From: a virus
DNA length: 64,000 bases
IMG/VR virus record: IMGVR_UViG_3300030202_003733
Coordinates: 119,024-183,023 of that record
Direction: 5' to 3' (one strand)
Positions 1-10,538 of the stretch are shown piece after piece. Each line of letters opens with the position of its first letter. The first letter of the stretch is position 1. The position numbers and the translations under genes were made by a program. The notes under the pieces were generated by a model. It was not told the DNA's origin. It made no database searches and saw only the letters and a program-made list of their open reading frames with translations.

Positions 1-3000
1 CAGTCTATCGTCTCTCCAGAAATTGTTTGCAAAGTCAGTTCTTTCTCTAATTTTATTAGAATACACATTTTTTTCAGAGGGATAAACGGTTTCCGAGCAC
101 ACTAGCTTAATAAAATTATCTCTGTTATATTTATCCTTCATAATATTATAAGTTAATTTCTTGTCAGAGACGGGTGTATATCTACGTGACAATTCGTCGT
201 TGCTGTACAAAGAAACCACATTTGCATATGAGCTTTTAACAGAGATGGGAACTGAGTTATGCATGATCACTTGCTGGACCGGCTTATACTTGGATATAAC
301 AGGCGATTCTCTATAGTGTAGTATCTTGCCATACCTTGCCGGGGCCTGTACCTCATACGCGGAGCCAGTATCGGAACCCCTTGTATGCCTTGTAATTGTA
401 TCTTCTTGTAAAACAGATACCGTATGGTTGGCAACCAATGCCCTGGCAACAGGGTGCTCCCCTGTCCTAATCTGCTTCCACATGGGGTATCCGTAAGGGC
501 CGTTCCTTTGGAGCATTAAGCCATTAAAAATAGCCACTGTGGCTAGGGCCTCGCTTGTACGCATCCTCTGAACAAAAGCCTCTGCATTAACGGTCGCGCC
601 TTGCCATAGCTTTCCACCTTCATCGCCATGATTAAGATAATAGCCAACATCGTGGTCAAGGACATAGCCAAGTTGATTGTCTGACGCCGTTACAGGGTCC
701 CTTATCCCTAAATTAAGTTTTACAAAAGCAGCAACGGGAGAGTGTTCTCCAAAAGCAATTCCAGTTGCTTCTTTTGGATTGTAAACAAAGACCGCTTGGG
801 GAGCCTGTCTCGTTGTTTTGAAATCGCTCGCGCTTGCAAAAGTAATAGCCGAGCTATAACCAGAAGAAGCAGAGTACTCACCATCGGGGTGAGCATAACC
901 AAGAATCTCTGCGGATTTAGACCCATGAAGATAGTCAGATCCCTTGTTTGCCAAAGCGCCCGTTATCCAAGCATACTGCAAGTCGCTCTGGGGAATAGGC
1001 ATGCTCACAAAGCCATTACTAAACACCGTGCCCGTTGTATAGTTGGCAGGCTGAAAATCTTTTCTGGAGTTGCCGCCAGCATGGGTGTCTGTTTCTTTGT
1101 ACACTATTTGCCTACGAGTGTTTCTATTGGTGTTATGGAAGCTCGCAACGGTCGTAGAACCAGATTTATATCCAAGACTCTCAGCATGTTCTTTAAGGAA
1201 CGTCCTGTTCAGAACCTTTCTTACGGACATATTTCTTGTGTTAAGGTCGTTGTAAGGCGAGTATTGTCCAGACTCAAAGTCCAAGCCAACACCACCAAGT
1301 GCATCTCCTGCGGTTTCGGGGCCTCCCGGAGCCGAGAACCTTTCCACAATAACATGCTCCGACTTATCTCGGGCAACTTTTTCATAATCATTTACTCCGG
1401 AGACAAAAGTTGATACAAGAGCGCCTGTAGTAAAACCCTCAGATTTTATTAAAGTTCTATTGTTCAACGATCTGTCAGAGGACATGACCAGTTCATAATG
1501 TTTTGTAAAGTTGCCTATGCTGCTTACCAACGTACCAGAGACGTGGCGGGTGTGGTCATGTCTATGTTTAATATTTCTGATATTCACCGGTCTTTTTGCC
1601 ACCTCTTCCCTCATAAACATAGCCTTTGGCCTTGTGGGGTTACCCCCATGCGCGGGGTGAAAAAAGCTAACGCCCTCAGTGGGAAGACGAAGATCCCAGG
1701 CTTCGGGGCGATCTGGGAATCCAAATGAATTTACGTTGGCATTGTAAGTAAGGTCATTGTCTGGGCGACCTGGGTTGAGGTTTTGGGTGAGAAATACGTG
1801 TCTGTGTTGGTGGCCCCCAACAAATCTTTCGGTGAATGGTCCCTGCATCCCGTGCTCACCAGAGTCGTACCCGTCAACGTGCAGGTTATCAATTGATGTA
1901 GCCTCATCATTAAGAAGTTGGTGGTAGCCTGTTTGAATGGATTGATTGGACGCTGAGCCCAGCGCTGAGGGGGTGAATGGAAGAATTTTAGATGCTTCTA
2001 GTAAATTTTCGTCGCGGACGCCACCACCTCCGGAATATTTCCTCACCTGTTTTATCTTATACTTCTGTTTTAAATTTGGATTTACTTCATCGTTTACATT
2101 CACGTTATACAATGAGGTTGAATCCTCAGTATATTTATCTGTGACAAATACTAGGCGTTGGTTGGGGGAGTGGTCAAAAGGCAAATTGGCCTTGAAAGCA
2201 AAGGGCTTCTTGCCCTCAGGGAAATTCACACCATTATGGATATAATTTTTTCTTGTATAATTGCCAGGATTTGTAGTGTTATAACCATGGGTATCTGACC
2301 TACCAGTTATTTTCAATGGAACACTGTTGTTTCTTTTTTGATTCTGTCTTGATATGTTCAGCAGGTTCTTCTTGACAGAAGTAACAATATTGCTGACCCC
2401 TGTGTTTAAGCTGGCGTTGTCTCTCTCGGCCCTGTTTTTCCACCAATAAGCGTTGTCTTTCTCACTTGCGCGGCGTCCACCAGTGAAACCAGCAATCGTA
2501 GTTTGGCTTATGTCGTCGGTAATAGTTGTATTGGCAGAGTCTCCTATATGAGCCTGCGTAAGGGTTATGGACTGCTCCCCGTCGTCCTCGTCTGGCACAG
2601 CAGAGACAGTAATTTTACCATTGTGCCCATTCGCGTGTTCTATTGCAGCCTTGAGTTGAACAAGAAAATCGTTTTGTGTTGAAACAGTGCCAGTTGTGTT
2701 GATGGCGACAGCAATTCCCCTTGCCAGTGCTGAGCCTGCTGTGCTCGCGCCTGTGTCTGTCCCAGCCTCTAAAACAGTTCCGGTTGCGACAGTCGTCGCG
2801 TTATCATCAACGATAACATAAGTTAACTCTTGGCCGTCAGCAGAAGTTATAACTATGCTTTCTTTTTCACTCATGCCACAATTAGCGTCTCCATCTGCGA
2901 CAGTAATAGTTGCAGTTGCAAAAGCCGGGCTAACAGTCGGAGCGTGTGCGTATCTCCAGTTCAGGGTGTTGGGGTCTGGATAAAAATAATTTACGCCTTT

Positions 3001-6000
3001 TATCCCAGCCTCGATCGTTCCTTTTTTAAGTTCAAGACCGGGGAACTTATTGTGATATTTACTTCTTTCTAGGGCATGGCTTTCAATAACAGTCCTAACT
3101 TCTCCAGAAGAATTAGCAGATATTGGAACCAACTGATTAAGAAACTCTGACAAGGACGAGTCTAACCATTTATAATATTTAACATACTTGTCAATGTCTG
3201 GGGCGTTAAACTGCTTTTCAAAGAAAAGCTGCCTTAGCTTGCCCATTTCTTTATAATCTTGCCTATATCTGTTGACCGGGTCTCCGATCAAATTATTAAA
3301 ACCTACTATCGTGGAAAATAAATTAATCATCTCCTCGGAGATCGTTTGATACATGCTCTTTTCGATAGCAAAGAAATTGTTTATTGGTCTGCTTGTTCTA
3401 TCAAACTGTTCGTCATCAAACGTAAGAATATTAACTGTATCTGAACTATCTAGAACTTCAGGCAGTCTCTGTCTTGAAGCATAAACAAGCCTCTCATTAA
3501 TGGACCCAGTATTATCTGTCTCGAAACTATAGCCCCTACCCCCAAAATAAGACTGTAAATTAAATTTAGTATTGGCCGCCACTATCGGATATCTGTCACC
3601 CTTTAGCCCATAGGATCCGGGGTGAGCGGTGCTATAAGCTTCGCTACTGCCAGAACTAAAGTCTCTAACTTGAAACTGTCCGTCAGTGTCCGAGCCTGTG
3701 ACATCTGCAAAATTCCAATGAAGCAACAAGGTGTCCATTTCTGGAATATATGAACTACTGATGCCATCCGGGCTATTTATCAAATGATCCTGTTTCTCAC
3801 GGAAAAACGCGGCATTTCTGTAAGGGTTTGGAGTCCCGTATGAAAGTGGATCTTTTGCGTGAGCTAAAATAGTATCATTATCTATGTTATGTTGCCAAAG
3901 TCTAAAAGAAGTTGCCTCAACATCAGAAAATTGTGCGACTGCGCCAGTAAAATTTTCACGGCGGGCACCGACATAATATCGTCTATTAACAGAGATGTAT
4001 CTCGCAGCCGTTGAGGTCGTAGAACTAGTGGTTAGAAGAAACTCATTTTGAACAGCGCCCAGTTTAGTGTTGACACCATAGAATTCAAATTCCATATAAT
4101 TGTCCCCAGTCTTAAAAACGTTGGAGCCTGTGGTGAGCCCAATTTGAGAGGACTTCTGTTTCGGGTTCAGACGCCTAACCGCAAAATTCCATTTAGTATC
4201 ATCATATACATCCTTAAACAAGCTTGTCGTAAGATGGACCGTTACCGAGCCCGCCTGGAGGCTGCTCGTCAGCAAGAAGTAGGCATCTTTAGAGCCAACT
4301 TCAGGGCGGATTGCAAACAATTGCAAACCCCACTCGGATCCATTGCCTATTCCCAACCACTTGAACGCAGCGGGATTCTTCGCGCTCTGCACACCGTGGG
4401 AACCATAGATTGAAGATGTGATAAACGGAGTTATAAAATAATTTTTAGAATTTACTGGGGGTTTCTTGGGGAAAATTACTTCAATTTCTTCAGTGAAATC
4501 AAAGTGCTCTCCCAGATTCGTCGCGCTGCCAGAGACATTCGTAACGGCGTGGCCGTATTCTGATTCCCCCGTCGCAACGGTGTCAGAGGAGGACTGTTGA
4601 ACAACAACCCCAGCGAATCTGTTGGGATGGTTGAAGCTGACATAATTTTTTCTAACAGCAGTATCTTTCCGGTTATCTTCCAATTTATAAGTAACATTAT
4701 CGCCATACATGTTAATTTTGATTAGCTCATCATCGACGCCATAACATCTAATAAGATTTCTAAAAGATTTTTCTGTTCCCTTTGATTTATAAATGTAAGT
4801 CAGATTATTGTAGATATTTTGATAAATTAGATTTTTTATATCACTTAACTCTTCTTCATAGATCCTTTCTCCGTCTTTTGATTTGATTCTAGAGACTATA
4901 TCAGAGTCAACAAAAATTTCCGGTGTCATCATACCCGCATTCTCTAAAAGTTTATTAGAAAACGGATAAGGTTTTAAACTTGAGCTTGTATAGCGTGTAT
5001 CTTTTATATCAGGTATTTCTCGAACTTGTAAATGAAGCTGGTCGAAGTAGCTGGCTATTATCTGGGTGAGATTTAGTATCTCACCCTTCTTTTCTTGATG
5101 GCTATCTTCATCGATTATCCAAGATGGAAGCGTATAATAAATTGATGAGTTGTTTATATAGTCATGAGCACTGCCGGACGATTGAAGTTCTGCGTACAGA
5201 TTGGCAACATCAGCGTGTTCTTTGTATATTATTGGGTCTCTAAATTCTTTAAAGGCCGCGCTCGCAGATACAATAGCGGAACCAGTATTTCTAGAATTGG
5301 GTGCTCCTCCACCATAACCGGAGCCACTAACCCACGCACCATTTGAGATTCGACCCGAATAGTCTAGCACAGATGCGTCAACAGAGCTAGTGCCAGTTAT
5401 ACCCTCATTAAATTTATAGTAAACGCCCAACTCTGCGTTAGCTATGTCCTCGTTGGTTCCACCCCCTACTTGTGTGAACCAATTCGTTCCTATGTCTTTG
5501 CTAGTCCTCTTGGTTTTCCAATATCTAAACTCGTCCAGAGATGCTGACAATTTGCCGTAACCATTAAAATCAGCAGAGGCAGTTGTGTCGGTGACAGTAT
5601 AGGGGGCAGTTTGTATTGCTCCAAGGTATGCCTTCATCGAACCGGTTATCTCGCCCCACTGGTCGACTGACGAGGATGTGGCCGTTTCTTTTAAAACACC
5701 ATTAACATAAAATTTTGCCTCAAACGTGTTGTCTGTCTGCTGGAGAAAAGAGAACGCGTAATGGGTCCAACCAGAGGTCGCTATAGATGCTGTCGTTACG
5801 GAGGAGCTATAACCAAAGGACAAATCCCACACATTCGCGTTTGAGTTGGCCCCAGAGGCTATTTGGATTCTAAATGGATCAGCGTTGTGTCCGGTCGTGC
5901 CATTATTCGCAGTGCCCGACAGGAATATGTTTAACCGACCAAACTGCTCACTACCAGAGGGTTTACCATTCCAAAGATCAAACACGGACTCTTTATAAGA

Positions 6001-6651
6001 ATTAGTTACATCCCATCCTTCCTTATTCATCCAGAACTCTACAGTGACACCCTTAGAAACATCAAATTTTAAGTTAGACTCTCTGGTGCCTTTTCTGTCC
6101 CCTGCAAGGACACCTTCGGTCTCGTATATGTCTGTGTCGTATATGTTAGAAGACGAAAATGCAGAGTGTATTGTTTTGCCCACCATGCCGTTAGAAGCGG
6201 TATGTGGACCTCCCTTCACAACTATATATTCATAATCAGCGGCGGCGGGAGCACCCCATTGTTCATCGTTTGCTAGCGTATTAGCTAAGGAGCCCCATGT
6301 GTCATCACTAAATTTTATGTAACCAGTGGTTCTAGGGTAGCGCTCATTGAACACATATAGGTCTAAGTAAGAGGAGCTATTTAAAAATTGGGTTTTTTCA
6401 AGGTTTGACCCGTCATATGGATATGTTTTATATATTCTCTCCACGGCATCGGTGTAATACTTTTCGGCAGAACCATAAAAAGCAAAATTCGAAGCAGAGG
6501 AGAAATCAACATTTGGTATAAAACGAGATTTTTCTTCAAGCTTTGCCTCAATATTTTTACGAGACTCTGCCTCCAGACCTAGTGTTTGAAGGTCTGTGGA
6601 CTCTAAAACTTTAAACGAACCCGCTTTGTCAAATAAGTTCTTTGTACTCAT
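1..6651 (-). CDS. Giant baseplate wedge protein (T4 gp7 / P2 gpI-like) with LamG-like domain(s); >2217 aa, runs off the left edge
   Basis: ATG at 6651 overlaps the TAA of the upstream gene (MSTKNLFDKAGSFKVLE...). The frame is open where I spot-translated it (1-420, ~2480-2940, ~4740-6651). No minus ORF from this ATG appears in the track, which implies no stop before the edge. Contains a gpI/gp7-type motif NNLTYIYKSKGTEKSFRNLIRCYG (~4740-4810) and LamG motifs VTVEFWMNK...WTHYAFSF...FYVNGVLK...LDEFRYW...YYKFNEG (~5360-6070). Lies downstream of gp25 and gp6. Confidence 0.8.
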   Translation of the reverse strand, partial: MSTKNLFDKAGSFKVLESTDLQTLGLEAESRKNIEAKLEEKSRFIPNVDFSSASNFAFYGSAEKYYTDAVERIYKTYPYDGSNLEKTQFLNSSSYLDLYVFNERYPRTTGYIKFSDDTWGSLANTLANDEQWGAPAAADYEYIVVKGGPHTASNGMVGKTIHSAFSSSNIYDTDIYETEGVLAGDRKGTRESNLKFDVSKGVTVEFWMNKEGWDVTNSYKESVFDLWNGKPSGSEQFGRLNIFLSGTANNGTTGHNADPFRIQIASGANSNANVWDLSFGYSSSVTTASIATSGWTHYAFSFLQQTDNTFEAKFYVNGVLKETATSSSVDQWGEITGSMKAYLGAIQTAPYTVTDTTASADFNGYGKLSASLDEFRYWKTKRTSKDIGTNWFTQVGGGTNEDIANAELGVYYKFNEGITGTSSVDASVLDYSGRISNGAWVSGSGYGGGAPNSRNTGSAIVSASAAFKEFRDPIIYKEHADVANLYAELQSSGSAHDYINNSSIYYTLPSWIIDEDSHQEKKGEILNLTQIIASYFDQLHLQVREIPDIKDTRYTSSSLKPYPFSNKLLENAGMMTPEIFVDSDIVSRIKSKDGERIYEEELSDIKNLIYQNIYNNLTYIYKSKGTEKSFRNLIRCYGVDDELIKINMYGDNVTYKLEDNRKDTAVRKNYVSFNHPNRFAGVVVQQSSSDTVATGESEYGHAVTNVSGSATNLGEHFDFTEEIEVIFPKKPPVNSKNYFITPFITSSIYGSHGVQSAKNPAAFKWLGIGNGSEWGLQLFAIRPEVGSKDAYFLLTSSLQAGSVTVHLTTSLFKDVYDDTKWNFAVRRLNPKQKSSQIGLTTGSNVFKTGDNYMEFEFYGVNTKLGAVQNEFLLTTSSTTSTAARYISVNRRYYVGARRENFTGAVAQFSDVEATSFRLWQHNIDNDTILAHAKDPLSYGTPNPYRNAAFFREKQDHLINSPDGISSSYIPEMDTLLLHWNFADVTGSDTDGQFQVRDFSSGSSEAYSTAHPGSYGLKGDRYPIVAANTKFNLQSYFGGRGYSFETDNTGSINERLVYASRQRLPEVLDSSDTVNILTFDDEQFDRTSRPINNFFAIEKSMYQTISEEMINLFSTIVGFNNLIGDPVNRYRQDYKEMGKLRQLFFEKQFNAPDIDKYVKYYKWLDSSLSEFLNQLVPISANSSGEVRTVIESHALERSKYHNKFPGLELKKGTIEAGIKGVNYFYPDPNTLNWRYAHAPTVSPAFATATITVADGDANCGMSEKESIVITSADGQELTYVIVDDNATTVATGTVLEAGTDTGASTAGSALARGIAVAINTTGTVSTQNDFLVQLKAAIEHANGHNGKITVSAVPDEDDGEQSITLTQAHIGDSANTTITDDISQTTIAGFTGGRRASEKDNAYWWKNRAERDNASLNTGVSNIVTSVKKNLLNISRQNQKRNNSVPLKITGRSDTHGYNTTNPGNYTRKNYIHNGVNFPEGKKPFAFKANLPFDHSPNQRLVFVTDKYTEDSTSLYNVNVNDEVNPNLKQKYKIKQVRKYSGGGGVRDENLLEASKILPFTPSALGSASNQSIQTGYHQLLNDEATSIDNLHVDGYDSGEHGMQGPFTERFVGGHQHRHVFLTQNLNPGRPDNDLTYNANVNSFGFPDRPEAWDLRLPTEGVSFFHPAHGGNPTRPKAMFMREEVAKRPVNIRNIKHRHDHTRHVSGTLVSSIGNFTKHYELVMSSDRSLNNRTLIKSEGFTTGALVSTFVSGVNDYEKVARDKSEHVIVERFSAPGGPETAGDALGGVGLDFESGQYSPYNDLNTRNMSVRKVLNRTFLKEHAESLGYKSGSTTVASFHNTNRNTRRQIVYKETDTHAGGNSRKDFQPANYTTGTVFSNGFVSMPIPQSDLQYAWITGALANKGSDYLHGSKSAEILGYAHPDGEYSASSGYSSAITFASASDFKTTRQAPQAVFVYNPKEATGIAFGEHSPVAAFVKLNLGIRDPVTASDNQLGYVLDHDVGYYLNHGDEGGKLWQGATVNAEAFVQRMRTSEALATVAIFNGLMLQRNGPYGYPMWKQIRTGEHPVARALVANHTVSVLQEDTITRHTRGSDTGSAYEVQAPARYGKILHYRESPVISKYKPVQQVIMHNSVPISVKSSYANVVSLYSNDELSRRYTPVSDKKLTYNIMKDKYNRDNFIKLVCSETVYPSEKNVYSNKIRERTDFANNFWRDDRL

Positions 6652-8309
6652 TACTCAACCCTAAACTTAAATTTTTCCGGTTGCTCAACCCAGCTTCCCA
6701 GGCCCCCGTTGTAATATGAAAATTTTATACCGTATGCATAACCTGGCTCTAGCATATTCATGTCTATATCAAAATAATTACCAGACACATCAAAAGACAT
6801 AACGGTTTCATTGTCATCAGCATATACAGATTTGTTACCTCTGAGATCATTTCTTCTCCTGCTGCCTGTCCCGTGCGATATGACCTCTAAGTCATCTATT
6901 ATTCTATATACCAAGAACGACGCGCTATCCGGGGTAGTCATCTCAACATCAGTGCTCGCCTTAGTGTAAATAGTTGGACTCCAGTCTTTTGTTCTTGTGA
7001 ATGTTCTGAACCTTGCCCTCTCGTTTCGTGAATATGTTGGTTTTAAATTGGTCACAGAGGTTACATAATCCGTAGATGGATTTATATTAAATGAATCAAA
7101 TGTTTTTGGTTTAATTGAGCCGGTTCGAAAAATTGTCGCATTAACACCGCCGATGCCAGCGGTGCCCGCTTTTTCTAAAAGAGGATCTATGCCAACACGT
7201 AATGCACCCGCCGCAACCGAGGAAGTGTACCACACATCAAATAAATTTGTTAAAGTTGTGCCATTAGATGTCCCTGTCAAAGAAACAGAAGCAGTGTATA
7301 TACCTGTGTCTATCCTCGACCCTGTGGCGACTGAAGTCAAGGCATTAGTTGTATTGCTGACGTCGCCGCCAACTGACATAAGAAGGGCCGCTCCCGACAA
7401 TTCTGTGTTTTCAGCGTTACCAGAAAAAATACTAACAAATATTTGCTCTCCATTTGTTGCTATCGTCGGAATATCCCGTAACTGCCCCCTTACATAATTA
7501 TATAAGAACAGGGTGTTTAGATTTTCCTCCAAAGGAACCATAGAAGAACTCAAATAAAAATTATTTCTATCGTCGCGGTAAGAAGAATTCCACCGCGCTT
7601 CGATCACTGGCCTTTTAAAGAAAAACTCGGAGTCTCTACCAAAAAACTTTTTGGTATAAAATGATCTAGCATCCGACGAGTGACTAGACGAAAGCATTAT
7701 CCCAAAACCATAGTTGGGCTTACCAGTGCTACCCGTTACATTTTGCATCCATTGTTCGACAAGCGAAGTGACATCAACTTCAAGATCTTCATTACCAACC
7801 GGGAACGATGCTGTAAAAGACGAAGACACATCATCAGCGCCCCAGTAGTCCCCACCTTGGTTGAGCCATGGTACGCCGGACTGACCATTTGTTGAAGCAC
7901 TGCAATTGATCCAGTTAGAGCCAGTCCCATCGTTTGTTTCGTCCGTGTAACCGTCCATATCGAGCCCATAACCCTCTTCCCAACCAGACTGTACAGGCCT
8001 TAACTCCAATACATAATCTCTAGGTAAAGTTCTGCCGTGCTCGGCGTTAAACATTTTTAGATAAAAACTAACACTTCCGCTCTCAGGCAATGAACCACTG
8101 ACCCTGCTTGAGGATATTGGAGTCATCGGAAAATTTATTAGTATTCTTGATTCTTCAGTAGAAGTTGAGTCAGCCTGGGCGTATATGGAGAACACTTCCA
8201 AAATATCAGACAGCCCCATGTTGGCACCCGTAGCTCTAGTTATTAGATCACTCTTGAATGCATTCGTAATAGTGTTGTCAGCGCTCGCTGTAAACCTTGC
8301 AATACCCAT
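6651..8309 (-). CDS. Baseplate-associated structural protein with N-terminal DNRLRE/CBM96-like domain
   Basis: 552 aa. SRILINF...LKMFNA...LRPVQSGWEEG...SNW...W..QGGD pattern resembles DNRLRE-type domains. Coupled between gp6 and the gp7-like gene. Confidence 0.6.
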   Translation of the reverse strand: MGIARFTASADNTITNAFKSDLITRATGANMGLSDILEVFSIYAQADSTSTEESRILINFPMTPISSSRVSGSLPESGSVSFYLKMFNAEHGRTLPRDYVLELRPVQSGWEEGYGLDMDGYTDETNDGTGSNWINCSASTNGQSGVPWLNQGGDYWGADDVSSSFTASFPVGNEDLEVDVTSLVEQWMQNVTGSTGKPNYGFGIMLSSSHSSDARSFYTKKFFGRDSEFFFKRPVIEARWNSSYRDDRNNFYLSSSMVPLEENLNTLFLYNYVRGQLRDIPTIATNGEQIFVSIFSGNAENTELSGAALLMSVGGDVSNTTNALTSVATGSRIDTGIYTASVSLTGTSNGTTLTNLFDVWYTSSVAAGALRVGIDPLLEKAGTAGIGGVNATIFRTGSIKPKTFDSFNINPSTDYVTSVTNLKPTYSRNERARFRTFTRTKDWSPTIYTKASTDVEMTTPDSASFLVYRIIDDLEVISHGTGSRRRNDLRGNKSVYADDNETVMSFDVSGNYFDIDMNMLEPGYAYGIKFSYYNGGLGSWVEQPEKFKFRVE

Positions 8310-10102
8310 TAACTTACGGCCCCTTTAATGTCGTTATCGGGGAATTTAATTTCTAACACGACGTTTTCTGGGACACTCACATACCTGCCGTCAGCGGACA
8401 TAAGCGTGTCAATGTCCAGTGCTACACTAGCGTAACTACCCCCAGTTTTCTGCACGACTTTAACATTTTTGGTATCTACAACTCCCCTAACCTTATTAAG
8501 TATGCTGTAGACTTCCGATACGTACATCGGCTCTCCTATATACAGTGGTTCGCGATAGCGCTCTCTCAATGCCAATACACAATTGGACAAAACATCAAAA
8601 CGGTTCTCTTGATCACCCACAACAACTTCAAACTCAATACCAATATTTGCTATTTTAGCATCTAAAATATCAATCGTGTCATTAATCATTTTATATTTAG
8701 AAAGCCAAGTTTTTAAATTCTCCTTGATGGTGGTATTGGCACCAGTCAATTTTTTAAATGAATTTTCAGCTATGACATATAAATTTAAATTTCTTTTAAG
8801 TGAATCTGGGTCGCGAACAATCCTACACCGTTTTATAGAACCAAATTTTTCCGGCATGGCGTAGACTGCTGCCTCATAGTCTTGCTGGGTTACTGCCCTG
8901 TTCTGCGTGGCAAAATGATCAATAGTTCTTCTTCTTAGTTCTTCGGCAGTCGGTAAAGAAATATCTCCCACAATTGGTTCGTCGTTAAAACACTCAAGAG
9001 AGGAACGCACTTCACTCATGCTAGCAGGAGCGAGGTTTGTTGTATCCTTAAACGATAAGACAGGACTTGACACTTGCGTAACGGACCCGGCTGCCGCATT
9101 GACATTCCCTGGGTCGTTGGATCTGTAAGTTATGGTAAGGGTTGTGTTCGCGGGGCTGATACCAAATTTGTCTGTTTGAAGTAACTTAGATGGATCAAAC
9201 GACGTGTCGGTTATATAATCTCTACCGTGCATTTCAAAAATCACATTAGTCGGGTCTGCGACAGACGGTGACTGAAGTTCACTAGTGGAGCCATAGCCAA
9301 ACTGCAAGTTAACAGAACCAAGCTCTCTCTCAATGACAAATCTTCTTGGGACGACAACTGGTTTTATTATAGACGGTACCACAGTGCTGTCGGCACCCCT
9401 GTTGGCTACCTCTTGATATACAACGTTTTGTGATAAATAATCCACCTCAAAATACTCGTTACCGTCTGAGTCTATAACCGATATAATATCAGCCACATTT
9501 GGGTCATCGATAAGAATCCTTCTGAATTTTTTAAATGACCCGACCGCAATCTCCTTAACTCTCATGCGCCCAGAGGCTATTTTACCATAACCCCTAATTG
9601 CATATGATGTGGGGACCCCTGTAGAATCGTCTACCCTGGCTACCACAACCTCGTTTGAGGGGTTATCAAAATTAACATCTTCTTCTAAGATAAACCCGTT
9701 GCCTGAAGTGGAAGTAAGTCTAGAGCCTTTCTGTAGGATCGGTATATAATTTGTGTCTGGGCCAAGGCCCGTGGAATTAGCCGGAACTATTACGTAAAAG
9801 GCTGCAAGGCCAAAGGAAGAAGGGCTAGATCTAAACTTGTAGCCCATCTGTCTGCTAAGTCTAACAATATTATCGTATTCAGTTGCAGAATCTAAAAATG
9901 TCTCATTTATATTATAATCTAAATAAAATGACATTATGTCTCCGACATATGCCACCGTATCGAGCATTAAAGAACCAAAAGACGCATCATTAAAATCCCT
10001 AAACGTGTCCGGGTAATACCTTTTAGCGTATTCTACAAGCTCTTGTTTAATGGAATCAAAGTCCCTACTTGTATATTTTATCGGTCTCATCTTCTTAGAC
10101 AT
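8309..10102 (-). CDS. Baseplate wedge protein, T4 gp6 / baseplate J-like
   Basis: 597 aa. YTSRDFDSIKQELVEY...DFNDASFGSLMLDTVAYVGDIMSFYLD N-terminus, NLQFGYG, and QNRAVTQQDYE motif typical of gp6. Confidence 0.9.
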   Translation of the reverse strand: MSKKMRPIKYTSRDFDSIKQELVEYAKRYYPDTFRDFNDASFGSLMLDTVAYVGDIMSFYLDYNINETFLDSATEYDNIVRLSRQMGYKFRSSPSSFGLAAFYVIVPANSTGLGPDTNYIPILQKGSRLTSTSGNGFILEEDVNFDNPSNEVVVARVDDSTGVPTSYAIRGYGKIASGRMRVKEIAVGSFKKFRRILIDDPNVADIISVIDSDGNEYFEVDYLSQNVVYQEVANRGADSTVVPSIIKPVVVPRRFVIERELGSVNLQFGYGSTSELQSPSVADPTNVIFEMHGRDYITDTSFDPSKLLQTDKFGISPANTTLTITYRSNDPGNVNAAAGSVTQVSSPVLSFKDTTNLAPASMSEVRSSLECFNDEPIVGDISLPTAEELRRRTIDHFATQNRAVTQQDYEAAVYAMPEKFGSIKRCRIVRDPDSLKRNLNLYVIAENSFKKLTGANTTIKENLKTWLSKYKMINDTIDILDAKIANIGIEFEVVVGDQENRFDVLSNCVLALRERYREPLYIGEPMYVSEVYSILNKVRGVVDTKNVKVVQKTGGSYASVALDIDTLMSADGRYVSVPENVVLEIKFPDNDIKGAVS

Positions 10103-10127
10103 ACAAACATAATCTCCGCTTCTTCAA

Positions 10128-10135
10128 TAAATAGT
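10128..10135 (-). promoter_or_regulatory. Putative phage late promoter core ACTATTTA upstream of gp6
   Basis: Exact ACTATTTA on the minus strand in the 45-bp intergenic gap. The same motif recurs upstream of other genes. Confidence 0.55.
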
Positions 10136-10147
10136 ATTATATATGAA

Positions 10148-10534
10148 TTAATTGCCGATAGGCAGTTCTAATATTTCTGTAGACATTAGAGGTTTAATAA
10201 AATAAACAATTCTAAGACGAATTGTATCTGACGGGTCAGCGTCAACGACATTTGGTGTTGAAAAGCTTATATCGCGAATCTGAATATATGGTAGATACTT
10301 GCTGGTCTGTTCCTCTATGGTTGATTTTATAAGATCATACGTCTCTGGCGAATTGTTCTCAAACAAGAAACCTAGAATACCGACACCAAAATTAACGTCC
10401 ATGATGCGCTCACCAGGATTAGTTAAAATCAGCATTTTAAAATTTTGCGCTGCTACCTCTTTTAAGTTTTTAGTCAAAGCATACCCATCATTGGGATCTC
10501 TTACCAGAGGTAATTTTGGTGATAAACCTGCCAT
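10148..10534 (-). CDS. Baseplate protein gp25 / GPW-like
   Basis: 128 aa. QNFKMLILTNPGERIMDVNFGVGILGFLFE...IEEQTSKYLPYIQI is the GPW_gp25 signature. Adjacent to gp6. Confidence 0.9.
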   Translation of the reverse strand: MAGLSPKLPLVRDPNDGYALTKNLKEVAAQNFKMLILTNPGERIMDVNFGVGILGFLFENNSPETYDLIKSTIEEQTSKYLPYIQIRDISFSTPNVVDADPSDTIRLRIVYFIKPLMSTEILELPIGN

Positions 10535-10538
10535 TATT

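Noticed and set aside
742-6235. Plus-strand ORFs of 60-223 aa (e.g. 742-1413, 4048-4413) and short minus ORFs at 267, 720 and 4476
   Set aside because: They are antisense or out-of-frame shadows of the giant minus-strand ORF and have no recognisable motifs.
10128-10135. Reading the motif as a T4-type TAAATA late promoter on the plus strand
   Set aside because: That orientation points away from the downstream gene at every occurrence. The gene-oriented reading is ACTATTTA.
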